Below are positions 23,411-35,990 of a DNA stretch of 64,000 nt, in pieces. A program made the translations under genes and the position numbers. The stretch is from Vicugna vicugna (Eukaryota). Each line of letters opens with the position of its first letter. Position 1 is the first letter of the stretch. Location of the stretch: assembly GCA_013265495.1 (NCBI GenBank), contig MU058153.1:372001-436000 (forward strand). The letters are read 5' to 3'. Below the pieces are notes generated by a model that worked only from the letters and a program-made list of their open reading frames with translations, was not told where the DNA came from and searched no databases.

Positions 23411-25389
23411 ACACAGTTTCTTAAACCTATATATGTTCTAGTAAGAGACATATAATTTTCAGATTTTCACATTTAATTATTTGAAAAAAAGCATAGGCTA
23501 TAAATACGAAATTACACTGTTACACATTTCATGATTCACCCTGATACACTATTGAGACTGTCCCATAAACTATGGACCATGTCTTCTTGTAACTTAGAGA
23601 AACTTGGAGAATCTATGAAGTGGGGTTTGTGTCTAAGAAAGGCATGTTTTTAAGACCTCCTGTATATGCTCTCATCTTCACTTCTCTCTAGGTTGAAGAA
23701 ATTCTGTTTTGATCTGGGAGATGTCAGAGCATTGATTGGGCTGTGTTTATGAAAGGAAGGAATCAGTGGGCTGTGAAGGCTTGGCACCCAGCAGTGGATT
23801 TCTGCTTCTGCCTCTTTCTGTCTTGGAGCTGACATGCAGAGTATGCCTAGATTCTCATTTGGATTTATCGCCTAAGCTCATTTGTTTAGTCTACTATGGC
23901 TAGCCAGAGATTTTCACTGATTTGCGGGGCTCAAAAACAACTTGGGAATTGACATTAATTTGCTCAAATTTCTCGTGTTTTATACTCTTTGAGAACTTTG
24001 CCAGGATGAAGAGCACAGCAGCCTGAGGCCAGAATCTGGAACCTCTGGCTTCCTTACTATAATATCCTGCAATAATATCACAGTCTTAGCTTTTCTTCTG
24101 ACATATGGGAAATCCTTGTCCCTCAAACACGAGTTATATCTGAGTCCTGTTGTATTTGTTTCTTCTTTAAAATACTTTCACGCCATCTACTTGGATGTAT
24201 ATTTGGACACTTCTGAAAAAGTTTGAGTTGACATGGGCACCTTCAAGCTAGGATTGTAAATGGAGCCAGCACTGTTCATTAGTCTATGAGTAGGAATTCC
24301 AGAATTTACAGGTCCAGGAATTCTGAATTAGCGTTATTAGTCAGCATGTTTATTTCTGTGAGCGGAGTTTGAAAAATTGGATTTGGAGACTCCTGAGGCC
24401 TACATTATCCATAAGGAAATTCTCATAACCTTTCTCAAGGGTTCAAGGCTTGAGAACTGGGGACACAAATGATGTCTTAGATTCTAGCACAAAGCTGAAC
24501 ACAGATTCATCATTATTCAATAAAAACCTTATTTGTTGAAGGATTGCAGAGTTGAATGCTTTATCTTTTTAATGCCTGGCACAGGTATAAGAGGGTACTC
24601 TAATTTGTAAAATTCGAAGAGCTTTTTTTCTCTTCTTTTCCTCAAGGAATTTAAAACAGGACAGAGTACTTTTCCAAGGAACTTAGGGAATTTTATTCCA
24701 AGACCTTGGAGACAGTTTGTATCACCAAAATTCAGGCTGACTGATCTTCAAGGGAAAATATGTATCTCATTAGTGAGAATCTGAATAGGATATGGAACTT
24801 GGGAGGATGCGAAAGGAAGACTTACTTAAGACTTTGGTCCTGTACTCAGTCCTGGTGGCTTTGACAATAGCATCTTTTTATCAACCAGATATATGAAGGG
24901 TAAAAAACAAAGACCCTCAAAGTGACTTTAACACTCATACTGATCTATGTAACTCATTTTAATATCAAACCACAGATGTAAGAGAAAAGTCTAAGCAAAC
25001 ATCTAACAACAAGATAAAGTTATAAACAAGTCGACATGCAAGATCTTATAATAAAAATATTCCTTCAGCAAGAAATGGCCTTGTTATGCAGAATTCAGAA
25101 AGACACACTTGCTGTAGGCTTCCTTAAAGATAGGGATGTCACTGTCTCCTTGGCATGCGTGTGCCTGGATTTATAATTCAGAATTGTGATTTTTTCTAGA
25201 ATCATATGTCTGTGTGTATTCACTTGTAAGTGTGTGTGCAGAGGTTATAACTTAAATTTATCCCACATAATTTTTTCTTGGTCTGCACAGGATTATCTGC
25301 TCAATGATTATTAAAATAGAAAGTATTTCTAACAAGTTGCCAATATTTTAGAACTGAGAATTATCACATTGTTTATAAAAAGACAGCAT

Positions 25390-25610
25390 TTCTGGCTACT
25401 TTTAGTAAAATATTGAGAAGATCTGGCCCCCCCAGAGCCTTCATCCCTTTAGGATAATAATAATAAGAGGAACTGAGCTGTGCCTGTCCCTCTCAGGCTG
25501 AGCCCATGTATCTCCAGTTTGTCACAGTCCCCCATTTTCCATTAACTCTCTGACTTTCACATTTAGGATCTGTTGCCATTTCCTGTGGAACTTGGCCATT
25601 GCTTTTCTTA
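25390..25610. mobile_element. Probable hAT DNA transposon remnant
   Basis: gagaagatctggc...gaactgagctgtgcctgtccc...tctccagtttgtcacagtccccc...ctgttgccattt resembles a recalled Charlie-type internal sequence; family not certain. Confidence 0.35.
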
Positions 25611-26199
25611 AAATTCAACTAAGAAAAAATAATTATTAAACTTATGCTTCTATCAGAAATTAAAAAAAAAAAGTTAAGTGAAGAGGGCAGTGAATTTTTA
25701 ACACAAAGCTTACTTCATTGGCCCCTCTAAACAAATGTGTTTGCAAACCTCTGGTATAGAAACCCCCAACATATGTCAGTTATAAAGAAAAATACAACCA
25801 AAATATTAACTACATTTCCTTAGCTGTTTCCATCCAAGCAGTTTTTAAAGTCACGTGATGTTGGGAGGAGGCCATACCATCCTGGAGTTAGAACTATTCT
25901 GAATGGGAAAAAAAAATCACTGACACAAAGGTATGTTTATTGTTTCTATTGGTCTAGAACAAACTGATAAAACTAATCTCAGAATGGCTAATTGGGCCTT
26001 TGTTTCTTTGAAGGACTGGGTGAATACACTCTTTCTCTGAAGGAGTTAGTTAATGGGTGGTGGTGTCGCCAGATTGTGCTGATCGGTGGGCTCCTGCTGG
26101 GCTTTCTCTCCGGCTCTACCTCAACCTGATTCCAGTCTGAGCTGTTAAGATCTTGACACTTTATGCATATGGCCTTCCTAACCTTTTCACTGTCGTTTG

Positions 26200-26674
26200 G
26201 TGGTGTGGATTGAACAGTGACCTCATAAAGATAAGTCCCAGTACTAAGTCGTGGTACATGTGAATGTGACCTTTTTTGGAAAAAGGTCTGTGCAGATGTA
26301 GTTGGGTAAAGGCTCTCTAGATGAGATTGTCCTGTAATTAGGGTGAGCTCTAAATCCAATGATGAGTGTCCTTATAAGAGAACAGAAAATGAGAAAATGC
26401 ACAGAGACACAGCGGGGAAGACCAGATGAGGACAGAAGCAGAGATTGAAGGGAAATGTCTGCAAGCCACGGAATGCCAAGGATTGCCAGCTGCCGCCAGA
26501 AACAGAAGACAGGCCAGAATGAATTCTCCTTCAGCGCCTCCAGAAGGAACCAGCCCTACTGGAACCTTGATTTTGTCCTTTCAGCCTCTGAGAATGCATC
26601 AGAATACGTTTCTGTTGCTTTAATCTACCCCAGTTTTTGGTGCTTTATTACAGCAGCCCTGGGAAATTGACACA
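26200..26674 (+). mobile_element. MLT1C-like solo LTR
   Basis: tgtgaatgtgacctttttggaaaaaggtctgtgcagatgta...gcaagccacggaatgccaaggattgccagc...cagcagccctgggaaattgacaca. Confidence 0.9.
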
Positions 26675-27389
26675 AGAGTCTCAGGGATTGTATTATTGTT
26701 GATGCATTTTAAATTAAAAAGTTTTAATTTTATAGAGAGGCATAATCAAATCATTAGTAAACAAATTAGCTTTGCATTTTAAGGCTACCTGTAAATTTAG
26801 AGGAATATTCACAGCACTGACTTTAAGGAGACATTGGCCAGCAATTATCATTGAAACTGATTCCTTTAAACTTGGGTTACAAGAACTGCTCATTGCCTAC
26901 CCAATAACAATCCTTCATCACTTTACTCATGGGACCTCTCATGTTCATCATGCAACAAAATGTTCATTAATAAAATGCAGTTATTGGTCTAGACTTCTGG
27001 GAATCTTAAACGTGAGGCATGCTCAACTGTCACACCCTTTATAGATTGTTGCCCCTTTCTTTCTTCCTGTCTGGAATTTGAATTTGATGGATGGAATCCT
27101 TCTTGTGACCAAAAGCTGACAAACACAGCCTTAAAAAGGCATAGCAGGATCCCACTTTGTATCACTTTATACCAGCTCTAAACTGCCTGTCTGTGGTTCC
27201 CTCTTTCTATGAAAGGAAAAAAAAATCTTTCAAAAAGCCACTTTTATTATAGATATCTGTTTCTAGCAGCTAAAGTCAAGCTTTGATAGGTACTCTCATC
27301 TAGCCTTTAGCTACTTTTATAATCTTTAAGAATTCGTATTAAGAGTGAACACAATTAAATTTGTACCACATGCCACACAACTTAGGTAA

Positions 27390-27660
27390 ATTTTACATTT
27401 AATCTTCACCTAAAAGTTGGGACTATTATTATACCCAATTCACAGAGGCAGAAACTGAGGCTTTACAAATTTTATGACTGGTTATAGGCAGGATGTTGGG
27501 AAAATTATTTAATCTCTTTATGACTCAGTTTCCTTTGTCTTTGAAAGGAAGATGACAATATTATGCTACCTTTCAGGACAGCAGTGAGGATTAAATGGGC
27601 TTATATATGTGAAGTGCTTAGAACACTTTGAGACAGTGAGGGCTGTTTAAGTGTTAAACT
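27390..27660. mobile_element. Two adjacent MIR fragments, opposite orientation
   Basis: cacagaggcagaaactgaggc (-, about 27390-27475); ctcagtttcctttgtc...gtgaggattaaatgg...gtgcttagaac (+, about 27490-27660). Confidence 0.75.
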
Positions 27661-29269
27661 TTATTAAGTGTTCAACTATGTCTAAGTAGAAAACATTTTA
27701 ATCAATATACTATGCAATCAATTATCTTTTCAAAATATAATCTTGATTCATAATGGATCTTTGCCCGCATTTTCCAAGGGAAAGATTTGAAAACCATGAT
27801 TGCAATGAAACAGATACAGCATTAGGTACTTTATATGTTTCATCTCATTATACTTCTTAGAACAACAAAGTAGACATTATAAACTCCAGCTGATATGAAA
27901 CAAGGCCTATATAATTAAGTGACTTTTTCCAAGTGCTAATAACAAGGGGTAAAACTGATTCTCAAACCAAGGTCTACTAATTTTGAGTTCAGTGATCTTT
28001 CCCAGTACACCATAGCTGTCTCAGCTTCTCTGCATTAAACTTGGGTGTGCATAGCTCTGTGTATGTGCATACACAAGCTCACACTACAGACCGATTAAAA
28101 AAAATCATATTTCAGAAGTAACTCTATTGTTTAAAAAAACAATTTTGAGGCAACCGGTGTTTAAACTACCTCCGTTAAAATGTCTGCAACCCTAAAATTG
28201 TTTTAGGTTTTGAATTCCTATTGGTAGTGTTCTCATGACTCTTTATGGTCATAATTCTAAATTCTTTACAATGCTTGAATGTCTTATATCACCCTACCAT
28301 TTTGAATTTCTATTCATCTTGTTTTGCATTTAGTATGTGCATTAAGAACTCTCTCATTTTACCTACTGAACATATCATAATAACATTTAAAGATAGCACA
28401 TAATAATATGCACACGCCTTTTCTTCTACACTACTTTTCTAGTCAAGCTATGTAGCTCATATGAGAAATACTGATTTTTTAGTTTAGAAAACCAAGATGT
28501 TATAATTGACCAAGAATGGACCCAGGGATTTGCTGTGGTCTGATCAACATGTATTGGTGCTGGTGTCACAGATAAGAAACCATGCAGGGAAGAATGCCTT
28601 CTTACTTGTAACCCCATACTTTCCCCAAGGAATCACATCAGTATTTTTTTTCCTGGGGGGAGACCAGGACCAAATTAAATTTCAATGTCAGCATAGCCTT
28701 GCGAGTCCTCTGAAATTTCACTGGCAGCTAGCTTCCTATTTGTAATTGAAGTGAGGTCTAGCTGTCATTGCTCTACAGGCAGGATCCTTGGAGAATTGCT
28801 ATTCAAATTGGGAGGAAGTGTCCTCTTATTAAAAGCAAAAGAAACCAACTGGAAATAGCATGGCTGTTAGGAACAACCACATGGCATTGACTCTGCTGAT
28901 CCCAAGGGCTGTTCTTCAGTTCCAAGGGGGCGAAGGATGGAGCATGAAGAACATCTCTTTCCTTTGGCTATTAATATCCAACTTACAGGAGACCCTAAAG
29001 ATGCAATGCTCAAAACAGAGGTCTTTTGATGACAAGAAAATAATACCCTGGTATGAAAAATATTTGAATAAGATAACATGGGACATAAAGCAGTGATTGC
29101 ATTTCCTTTAAAATAACTCTTCAGTCTTTCTGTATTTTCCTCTTTGACTATTATTACTCCAATTCATATGTACAGCTACTAATTGAGAACGTTTTACGTT
29201 CCTATAGCTTTATAAAATTATCACATTTAATCATGGCCATAGCAGGTGAGGAATATGTTAAAATATTTA

Positions 29270-29500
29270 AGATCCTTGGCTTCAATAGCAAATTTCTGAG
29301 GTCCAAATAACCATGAGATCTTGGCAATTACTTTTTTATCCAGCATGATCTTCATTTTCCTCATTAGCAAAGTTGGTGTAATAATGATAGTGTTTACCTT
29401 ATAAGGCTATGATGAGTTTTAAATGAAATAATCCATGTAAAATATGTAAAATAGTGTCTGGAATAGATTAATTGCTCAAGTGTTAGTTATTATCATTATC
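29270..29500 (+). mobile_element. MIR
   Basis: gatcttggcaattact...ttttcctcattagcaaagttggtgtaataatgatagtgtttaccttataagg...ttttaaatgaaataatccatgtaaa. Confidence 0.75.
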
Positions 29501-30817
29501 TTCATTTTACAGATGAGGACATTGTACAGATGAGTATCAGAGAGTCTCAACACTTGGTCCCAAGATCATACATCATGTTGTAGATGGGGGTTGAAACACA
29601 ATCTTACTTTGCTATTTTAAGTTATATTTTAAAATTTCATAGGATTGTTGTGAGGTTGAAGTGATGCAGTGTGTACTCTAAATGCTCAATAGAGTGTAAT
29701 TTCGTTATTTGCCTAGCTGAATCCAGGTAGACCCTCTCCTTTTTCATTAAATAATTTTTCATCTCAAAACTTTACATATGTTTACATTTATCTTCATGTA
29801 TTGGTAATGGGATGGTAGCAGATGTAGCAAAGGTCAATTAAACAATAGGTACTAGGTTTCCCCACATTCCACAGTGATGTGCTAGAACTCTCATTGAGAA
29901 CTTGCAAAGAAGGTGGGCCCAAACTAGATCTACCAGCATTGGGCGTTTGTACAATTTCCTGTGTATATGCCAAAGTAAAAGGACAATTTATTTATTAACT
30001 AAACACCAACATAGGTTTTGGGACTACTCAAATATTTCATCCACTAGAACAATAACAGTTAGTCCACAGAATGATTTTGTAGGAATGAGAGAAAGAATGA
30101 AGCTGTTTTCTATTAAAATTCTTCTGAGGTGAGTCCATGTGATAAACCAGTAACATACTCAGTTGTCTGACTTACATTCATTGTCTCCATGAAAGTATAA
30201 GCTTTCTGTGGCCAGGAACAAGCTTTCTTTCTCTGCTGATCCTCAAAGTTTTGCTAGACTGTTTATCAATATTGCTGACAGATTGGAGATGGGTAATTAG
30301 TTGTTCAGAGTTATCTAGACAGTGATCAACTCATTAAATTAGACTATCTTCATCATCACTGAAAATAAGTAAGACTTTGATATGGATTATAAACTACCTT
30401 GTACATATCATGACTTCTGCTTGAGCAGCTCTTTGGACCAGCGTTCACAAGCAACTCCCCCTGACATCACAAGTACTTGCACAAAACTAATTGAGGGCAG
30501 AGTCTTGCCTTCAGTATCATTAACTCAATATTATGCATTCCATATTTCATCCTTAGATATTCATTCTACCACTTAATTATATAAGCTTGGAGAAAGATTA
30601 AGTTGATTGGTGATTATATCATAATTGCTTTTCATATGGGTAGAAGAGGAATGGCATCAGTGACTTTAATATTGCACAATGGGCCAAACTGTGAACTCTG
30701 AAGAGAAAGCACATTCATAGCAGCTGATGATTCAACAATAGTGCAATTAACTTGGTGAGAAAATTAATAAAATAGTTGTGAAGAAAAATTAGTCAGTGTT
30801 TAAAACGTGGAAAATTT

Positions 30818-30833
30818 CACACACACACACACA
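30818..30833 (+). repeat. (CA)n microsatellite
   Basis: cacacacacacacaca. Confidence 0.9.
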
Positions 30834-31329
30834 AATTGAGAAACTCAGCTTCTCTTGAGACATTGTTAGACATGGAAACACTGGACCAGCACCTTCTATA
30901 ACCATCATTTTTTGAGCGTAGAAACAGCTGAGTCCTTTAGACTGGGACTTGAGCCCTTCAGACTGGGACAATTTGCTGTAGTCGCAATCCCTCACACAAT
31001 TTATGCATAAGCACTTACACAGAGCCTGTTTCACTCATGTTCCTTTCCTAACCACCAACTTTAATTTACATCCTTTTGCTGAAGCATAGATCTTGATGGC
31101 AGGAGTTGATGTGTGGAAACATTTTGCTCGTTCTTTCTGTTCTCACGGCGTGTAAATTTTGGTAGGATGGATCTTAAGTGGTAGATGTACTACTTATCAT
31201 AAATATGCTCGCTAAAAACATTGCTGATACATTATGGCACTTTTTCTTGTTGAGTCCAAATGTGTTTTCAGAATCTTTCTTAACCTTAGTGATCCAGGGA
31301 GTTTAACTAAATGCTCAGAGTTGGCATAT

Positions 31330-31900
31330 GCTATTATGAGTTAGCTATTGGTATGTAACCTCATTACCACAAACTTTGTGCCTTAAAACAGCACACATTT
31401 ATTATCTCACAGTTTTCTCTAAGTCAGAAGTCTAGATGCAACTTAGCTAGGTTTTCTTCTTTAGGATTTAGCAGGGCTTTAATCAAGATGTTGGCTGGGG
31501 CTGAGGTCTCATCAGAGACTTGACTGCAGGAGGCTTTGTTTCCAAGCTCAAGTGGTTGTTGATAGCAGTTCATTCCTTGTGGATTTTTGAGCTGAGGTTC
31601 TCAATTCCTTGCTAACATTTTTTTCTGAGGCTGCCATCAGTCCTTTGCTATATGGATGTTCCCAAAATGGCAGTTTATTTCCTCAGAGCCAGCAAGGGAG
31701 AGAGACATTCCTCCTAAGCTAAGTGTTACAATTTTATGTGTTGTAATAATGTATATATAATCATGCATATTCTGTCACCTTTGCTATATTGGTTACAGTC
31801 AAATCACAGGGCCTAACATACTCACAGGAAAGGGATTGACACAGGAGTGAAAACCAGGAGATAGGGATCATAGGGACCCCCTTAGAATCTGCCCATCACA
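31330..31900 (-). mobile_element. MLT1E/F-like LTR
   Basis: aaaacagcacacatttattatctcacagtttt...tcaagatgttggctggggctgaggtctcatc...agagccagcaagggag...ccttagaatctgcccatcaca. Confidence 0.85.
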
Positions 31901-32179
31901 TGAGGTGAAACTCCTTGCCATTCCTGACTAAGACTCATTATTGACTGTTATACAGAGGCAGCTTTTGACTAGGGTTCAGGCAAACCTTTTTAAACAATCA
32001 AAGCCACTTGTGAACTAAGTATTTGTTTAGCATGGGGAAGGAAGAGAGTATTTCATAGGCATTTGGTACTCATAGCTTCTTGTTCATTCTTTCATGATGT
32101 TGCATAAAACCCTAAACTATAAGTACATGTATTTGGTTAAATATGCACAATTACAGAATCCTAAGAATTGCCCAGTGGA

Positions 32180-32350
32180 AAATAGCACTCTCCAGAAGTA
32201 TTTTTTGGATATCTACTGTATGACTGAGGCAGGTCTTACAATGAGGAGTAGATGGATAGCGAAAGAAACACTTTCTTGCCTTCACAGAGATTACTGTCAG
32301 AGCTAGAGGAACAGGGTTCACAGCCAACATTAAAACAGAGTAAAATACAA
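32180..32350 (-). mobile_element. L2 fragment
   Basis: gaagtatttttggatatctactgtatgactgaggcagg...ttcttgccttcacagagattact. Confidence 0.5.
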
Positions 32351-32613
32351 AAGAAAATTCAATCAAATGTCACATTGCAATGTATGCACACTGGTCTGTC
32401 TCAATTTTTCCTTTTTAACTGGAAAAGTCAAAGAATATAAATCTGTGAATGTTCTCCACTACTGCTAATGCGTTAGATAGGGAGTCACTAAACTGGTTGG
32501 GAGAGATGCCTTTAAAGTTGCACTTCAGAAAGGAAGCACTGCGTTGAGGCTTCATGGAAAATACCAGGAAGAAGACAAAGACTTTAGCCAGCTTATCTTG
32601 GTTAGAACACATA

Positions 32614-32749
32614 NNNNNNNNNNNNNNNNNNNNNNNNNNNNNNNNNNNNNNNNNNNNNNNNNNNNNNNNNNNNNNNNNNNNNNNNNNNNNNNNNNNNNNN
32701 NNNNNNNNNNNNNNNNNNNNNNNNNNNNNNNNNNNNNNNNNNNNNNNNN
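32614..32749. other. Assembly gap (136 N)
   Basis: N run. Confidence 1.
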
Positions 32750-33101
32750 TTTATGAAAATTAAATTTTATTAGCACATAGACACAAAATACTACATTAAA
32801 AATTTTAGTTATTTCTTTTTATCTTTAGGTTTTCCCAATATAAAACCTTTTGATCCATATACATTTTGATTCCAATTAAATTCAACTACCCACGAAGAGG
32901 TGGCATCCAAAATTAACAGCAGAAATAGAGACTTCAAACAATAATCAGTAAGTGAAGATGTGAGGAAGGCAGGGGCCTTCTTCTTTTATTTCTTTCCACT
33001 GATGTGTCTCAAGAACCCAGATTGGGGCCTGGCACATAGTTGTTGCTCAGTAAATATTTGTTGATTCAAGAAAAACCTGGAATTCTCTGACTTTCCTTTA
33101 C

Positions 33102-33125
33102 CAGCTTTAGGTAGTACTGACGTCT
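33102..33125 (-). CDS. Candidate 24-nt frame-preserving microexon (RRQYYLKL or xTSVLPKAx)
   Basis: Minus-strand acceptor ttcatttcaCTAATctatctttcttttctgcAG with branch A at about -21; donor CTG|GTAAAG. Confidence 0.22.
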
Positions 33126-33665
33126 CTGCAGAAAAGAAAGATAGATTAGTGAAATGAAGAATCTGGGATGATTTTTGCCTGAGAGTACTATCTTGGCTGA
33201 TTCATGATCTATATTTGTATTGAAAGGTGGAGGAAATGTGATTTGCTCCCTCACAGAATGTTCTGAAACCTTTGTTTCTGAGACTATAATTAAACGCGCC
33301 ACTTATCTTAATGGGCACATGCCTCTCCTCTCTGTGCAGAGCCACTTAACACAACTGAAATAGCCCAGCGATTGCAGAGAGCATGCTGCAGAATCCTGTC
33401 TCATCCCTGGATACAATTAGTTTCTGTGACAATGTAGACTTTTCTTTTAATTGTGTGTTTATCTTCCTGATGCACAGAGTGGGTGGCAGGTGGTTCCATT
33501 TCACAGAAAATGGTTCCAATCCAGGATGTCACTTGGAGAGGGATCAGTGGTCACCCTGCATGAAACTAAAGAAGGCCATGTTCATCTTAGAGATTCCCTT
33601 AGGCTGCTCTTCAGAATGGTCCCAAACCTAGGAACCTACCTTTTTCCCAGAATTCAGTTGGTGCC

Positions 33666-34128
33666 TGATAGGGGATAAATTGTGTTCCCTTCAAAATATA
33701 TTCAAGTCCTAATCTTTNNNNNNNNNNNNNNNNNNNNNNNNNNNNNNNNNNNNNNNNNNNNNNNNNNNNNNNNNNNNNNNNNNNNNNNNNNNNNNNNNNN
33801 NNNNNNNNNNNNNNNNNNNNNNNNNNNNNNNNNNNNNNNNNNNNNNNGAAGACACAGAGGACACAGAGGGAAGTAGGACATGTTAAGAATGAGGCAGCAG
33901 TTGGAGTGATGCAGCTGCAAGCCAAGGGATACCAAGGATTGCTGGCCACCATCAAAGGCTAGGAAGTGGCGAGGAAGGAGTCCTCAGGCCTGGAGCCTTC
34001 AGAGGGAGTAGGGTCCTGCCAACACCTTGATTTTGGACATGACCTCCAGACCTGTGAGATAATACATGTCTCTCGTTTTTAACTACCTAGTTCGTGGTAA
34101 TTCATTGCAGCCCTAGGATACGAACATA
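33666..34128 (+). mobile_element. MLT1C/D-like LTR spanning a 130-N gap (33718-33847)
   Basis: aattgtgttcccttcaaaatatattcaagtcctaatc NNN ...gcagctgcaagccaagggataccaaggattgctggccacc...cctgccaacaccttgattttggac...gcagccctagga. Confidence 0.88.
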
Positions 34129-34439
34129 GTGCCTCAATGGGAAAGTTAGCTCTAACCTGAGGGTCTCTTTCTCTCCTTTCAATGCTGCAAACCTCCTTTC
34201 TTGTAAGTGAGAATAGCCTCTGACTTTGGGGTGGGGTACTCCAGGCCTGCTTGCCAGACCAGTAGCTTTCTTCCACTTAAAAATCGTTTAGAACAAAATG
34301 ACTACATCTTGAAACACAATATCCTGTGATGAGTGCCAGCTGAACCTAAAAGTGCGCGATATGAAGCTGGGCGGAGAATTAGGGATGATTTTTCTTCTGA
34401 GAGCATGCGATGTGGCATAAAGTGCTAACATTCTTAAGT

Positions 34440-34655
34440 ACCTAAAATCCTTTTGATTTTTAGGAAATATCACTAAAGAAATGATCAATAATGCACACAG
34501 ATACTTAGCTAACAATTGCTTTGCACCGTGTTGCTTGTAATAGTAAAAAATAAGTATAAATGATTGAAATCTCTAGGAATGTCAGGTGATTAAAATAAAT
34601 TATGGTTTTCCATTCAGTCGTTAGCACACAGCTATTCAAAAACGAGGCAGTCCAA
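34440..34655 (+). mobile_element. L1ME-like 3' fragment
   Basis: tttttaggaaatatcactaaagaaatgatcaataatgcacacagat...ttgcttgtaatagtaaaaaa...aaaataaattatggttttcc. Confidence 0.55.
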
Positions 34656-34846
34656 TAGCCATTTTTAAGCTGTACTTTGAGGAGGGTGCAGGTGCCTTTG
34701 GGGCATGTCAGGCACTGTTTGAGGAGGTGAGGTCCAGTCAGGTTCAGCTGTGTTTTGCCCCAGCCCTCACTTCACCAGTTATGATCTATTTTATCTGTTT
34801 TGTGTATTGAGTTTATGAATAAGATGCCATTTGAAAACAGTAGTTT

Positions 34847-35305
34847 TGTTGTGGGTTGCACTGTGTCTCTTTCAAAAGATGTTGCGGTCCTAACCCTCCA
34901 GTACCTGTGCATGTTACCTTATTTGGAAATAGGGTCTTTGCAGATGATTGTTACAATTAGGTCATTAGGATGAGCCCTAATCCAATATGACTGTGTTCTT
35001 TTAATTCTGAGAAAGTTGGATACAGAGGCAAACACCCAAGTAGGGAGAATGCAGTGTGAAGATAAGACAGAGCTTGGAATTATGCATCTACAAGCCAAGG
35101 GATGCCAAAGATTGCCAGCAAACCACCAGAAGCCAGGAGAGAGGCATAGACTAGATTCTCCCTGCCAGCCTGCAGGAGGGATCGATCCTGTCAACACCTT
35201 GGTGTTGGACTTCTAGCCTCCAGAACTCCGAGAGATGCATTTCCATTGTTTAAGCCCAATCCAGTTTGTGGTACTTTGTCACAATAGCCCTAGGAAATTA
35301 ATATA
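34847..35305 (+). mobile_element. MLT1C-like solo LTR
   Basis: tgttgtgggttgcactgtgtc...ccttatttggaaatagggtctttgcagatg...caagccaagggatgccaaagattgccagcaaaccaccagaagc...gccctaggaaattaatata. Confidence 0.92.
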
Positions 35306-35749
35306 GTTCTACCACTAAAAGAAGTTTGATGCCCATTTATTAGAAAGCAATACACACGTTTAACATTTCCTGCCTTAAATAACTTTATAAAGTTGTCCCT
35401 GACTCCCAAGATGTAAAGATATGCTATTTTGGTGAGCCAAGTCCTCCCTACATGTGACGTTCAGAAAAAGGGAGAACTTAGGGGACCAGGGGACTTCGCT
35501 ATGTCACCCAGAAAGGGGGTTTGACTGTTGCTACAGTACCAGCCACTCTATCCCTGAGAAAACTACTACTACACAAGGTGTGGCAATAACCAGATGTATC
35601 CCAACTGAGTCAATGATGACGGATGATGATGTATCTTTGGAGTAGTAGCTAAAGCAGATAAACAAGTTGAACAACTAGAAAGAGTGAAATAGAACTGCTG
35701 AACAAGAGAATGACACATGAACCAACAAAAGACAATGATATTCATGTGC

Positions 35750-35990
35750 TTCACAGATACATAGCATCTGGGAAAGAAACCATGATTTTCAGTGATACAC
35801 TCATGGCCTGGAAGATGTACCAGAAGGAGTATCTTAATGTATAAAGCAAAACTGCATAAAGACATACGTAAAAAATGAGAAAACATGTAAGATGCCTGCA
35901 GGATAGATCTAGGAGATCCAGTAGACCAAGCTATATGAAGACATCCAGAAGGAGAGGGCTCCCAGGATAGATTAAGAAGGGGCAGTCTTG
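35750..35990 (+). mobile_element. Possible ancient L1/HAL1 ORF1 fragment
   Basis: caggatagatctaggagatcc...catccagaaggagag translates QDRSRRS...HPEGE, resembling the ORF1 motif EDRSRRxNIRIIGVPEGE. Confidence 0.35.

Noticed and set aside
25988-26359. 123-aa minus-strand ORF
   Set aside because: N-terminal half is antisense MLT1C LTR; no splice or homology support
34326-34400. C/D snoRNA-like arrangement (GTGATGA ... CTGA, 75 nt)
   Set aside because: No terminal stem, the putative D' box is only 7 nt after box C, and I recognise no rRNA/snRNA guide
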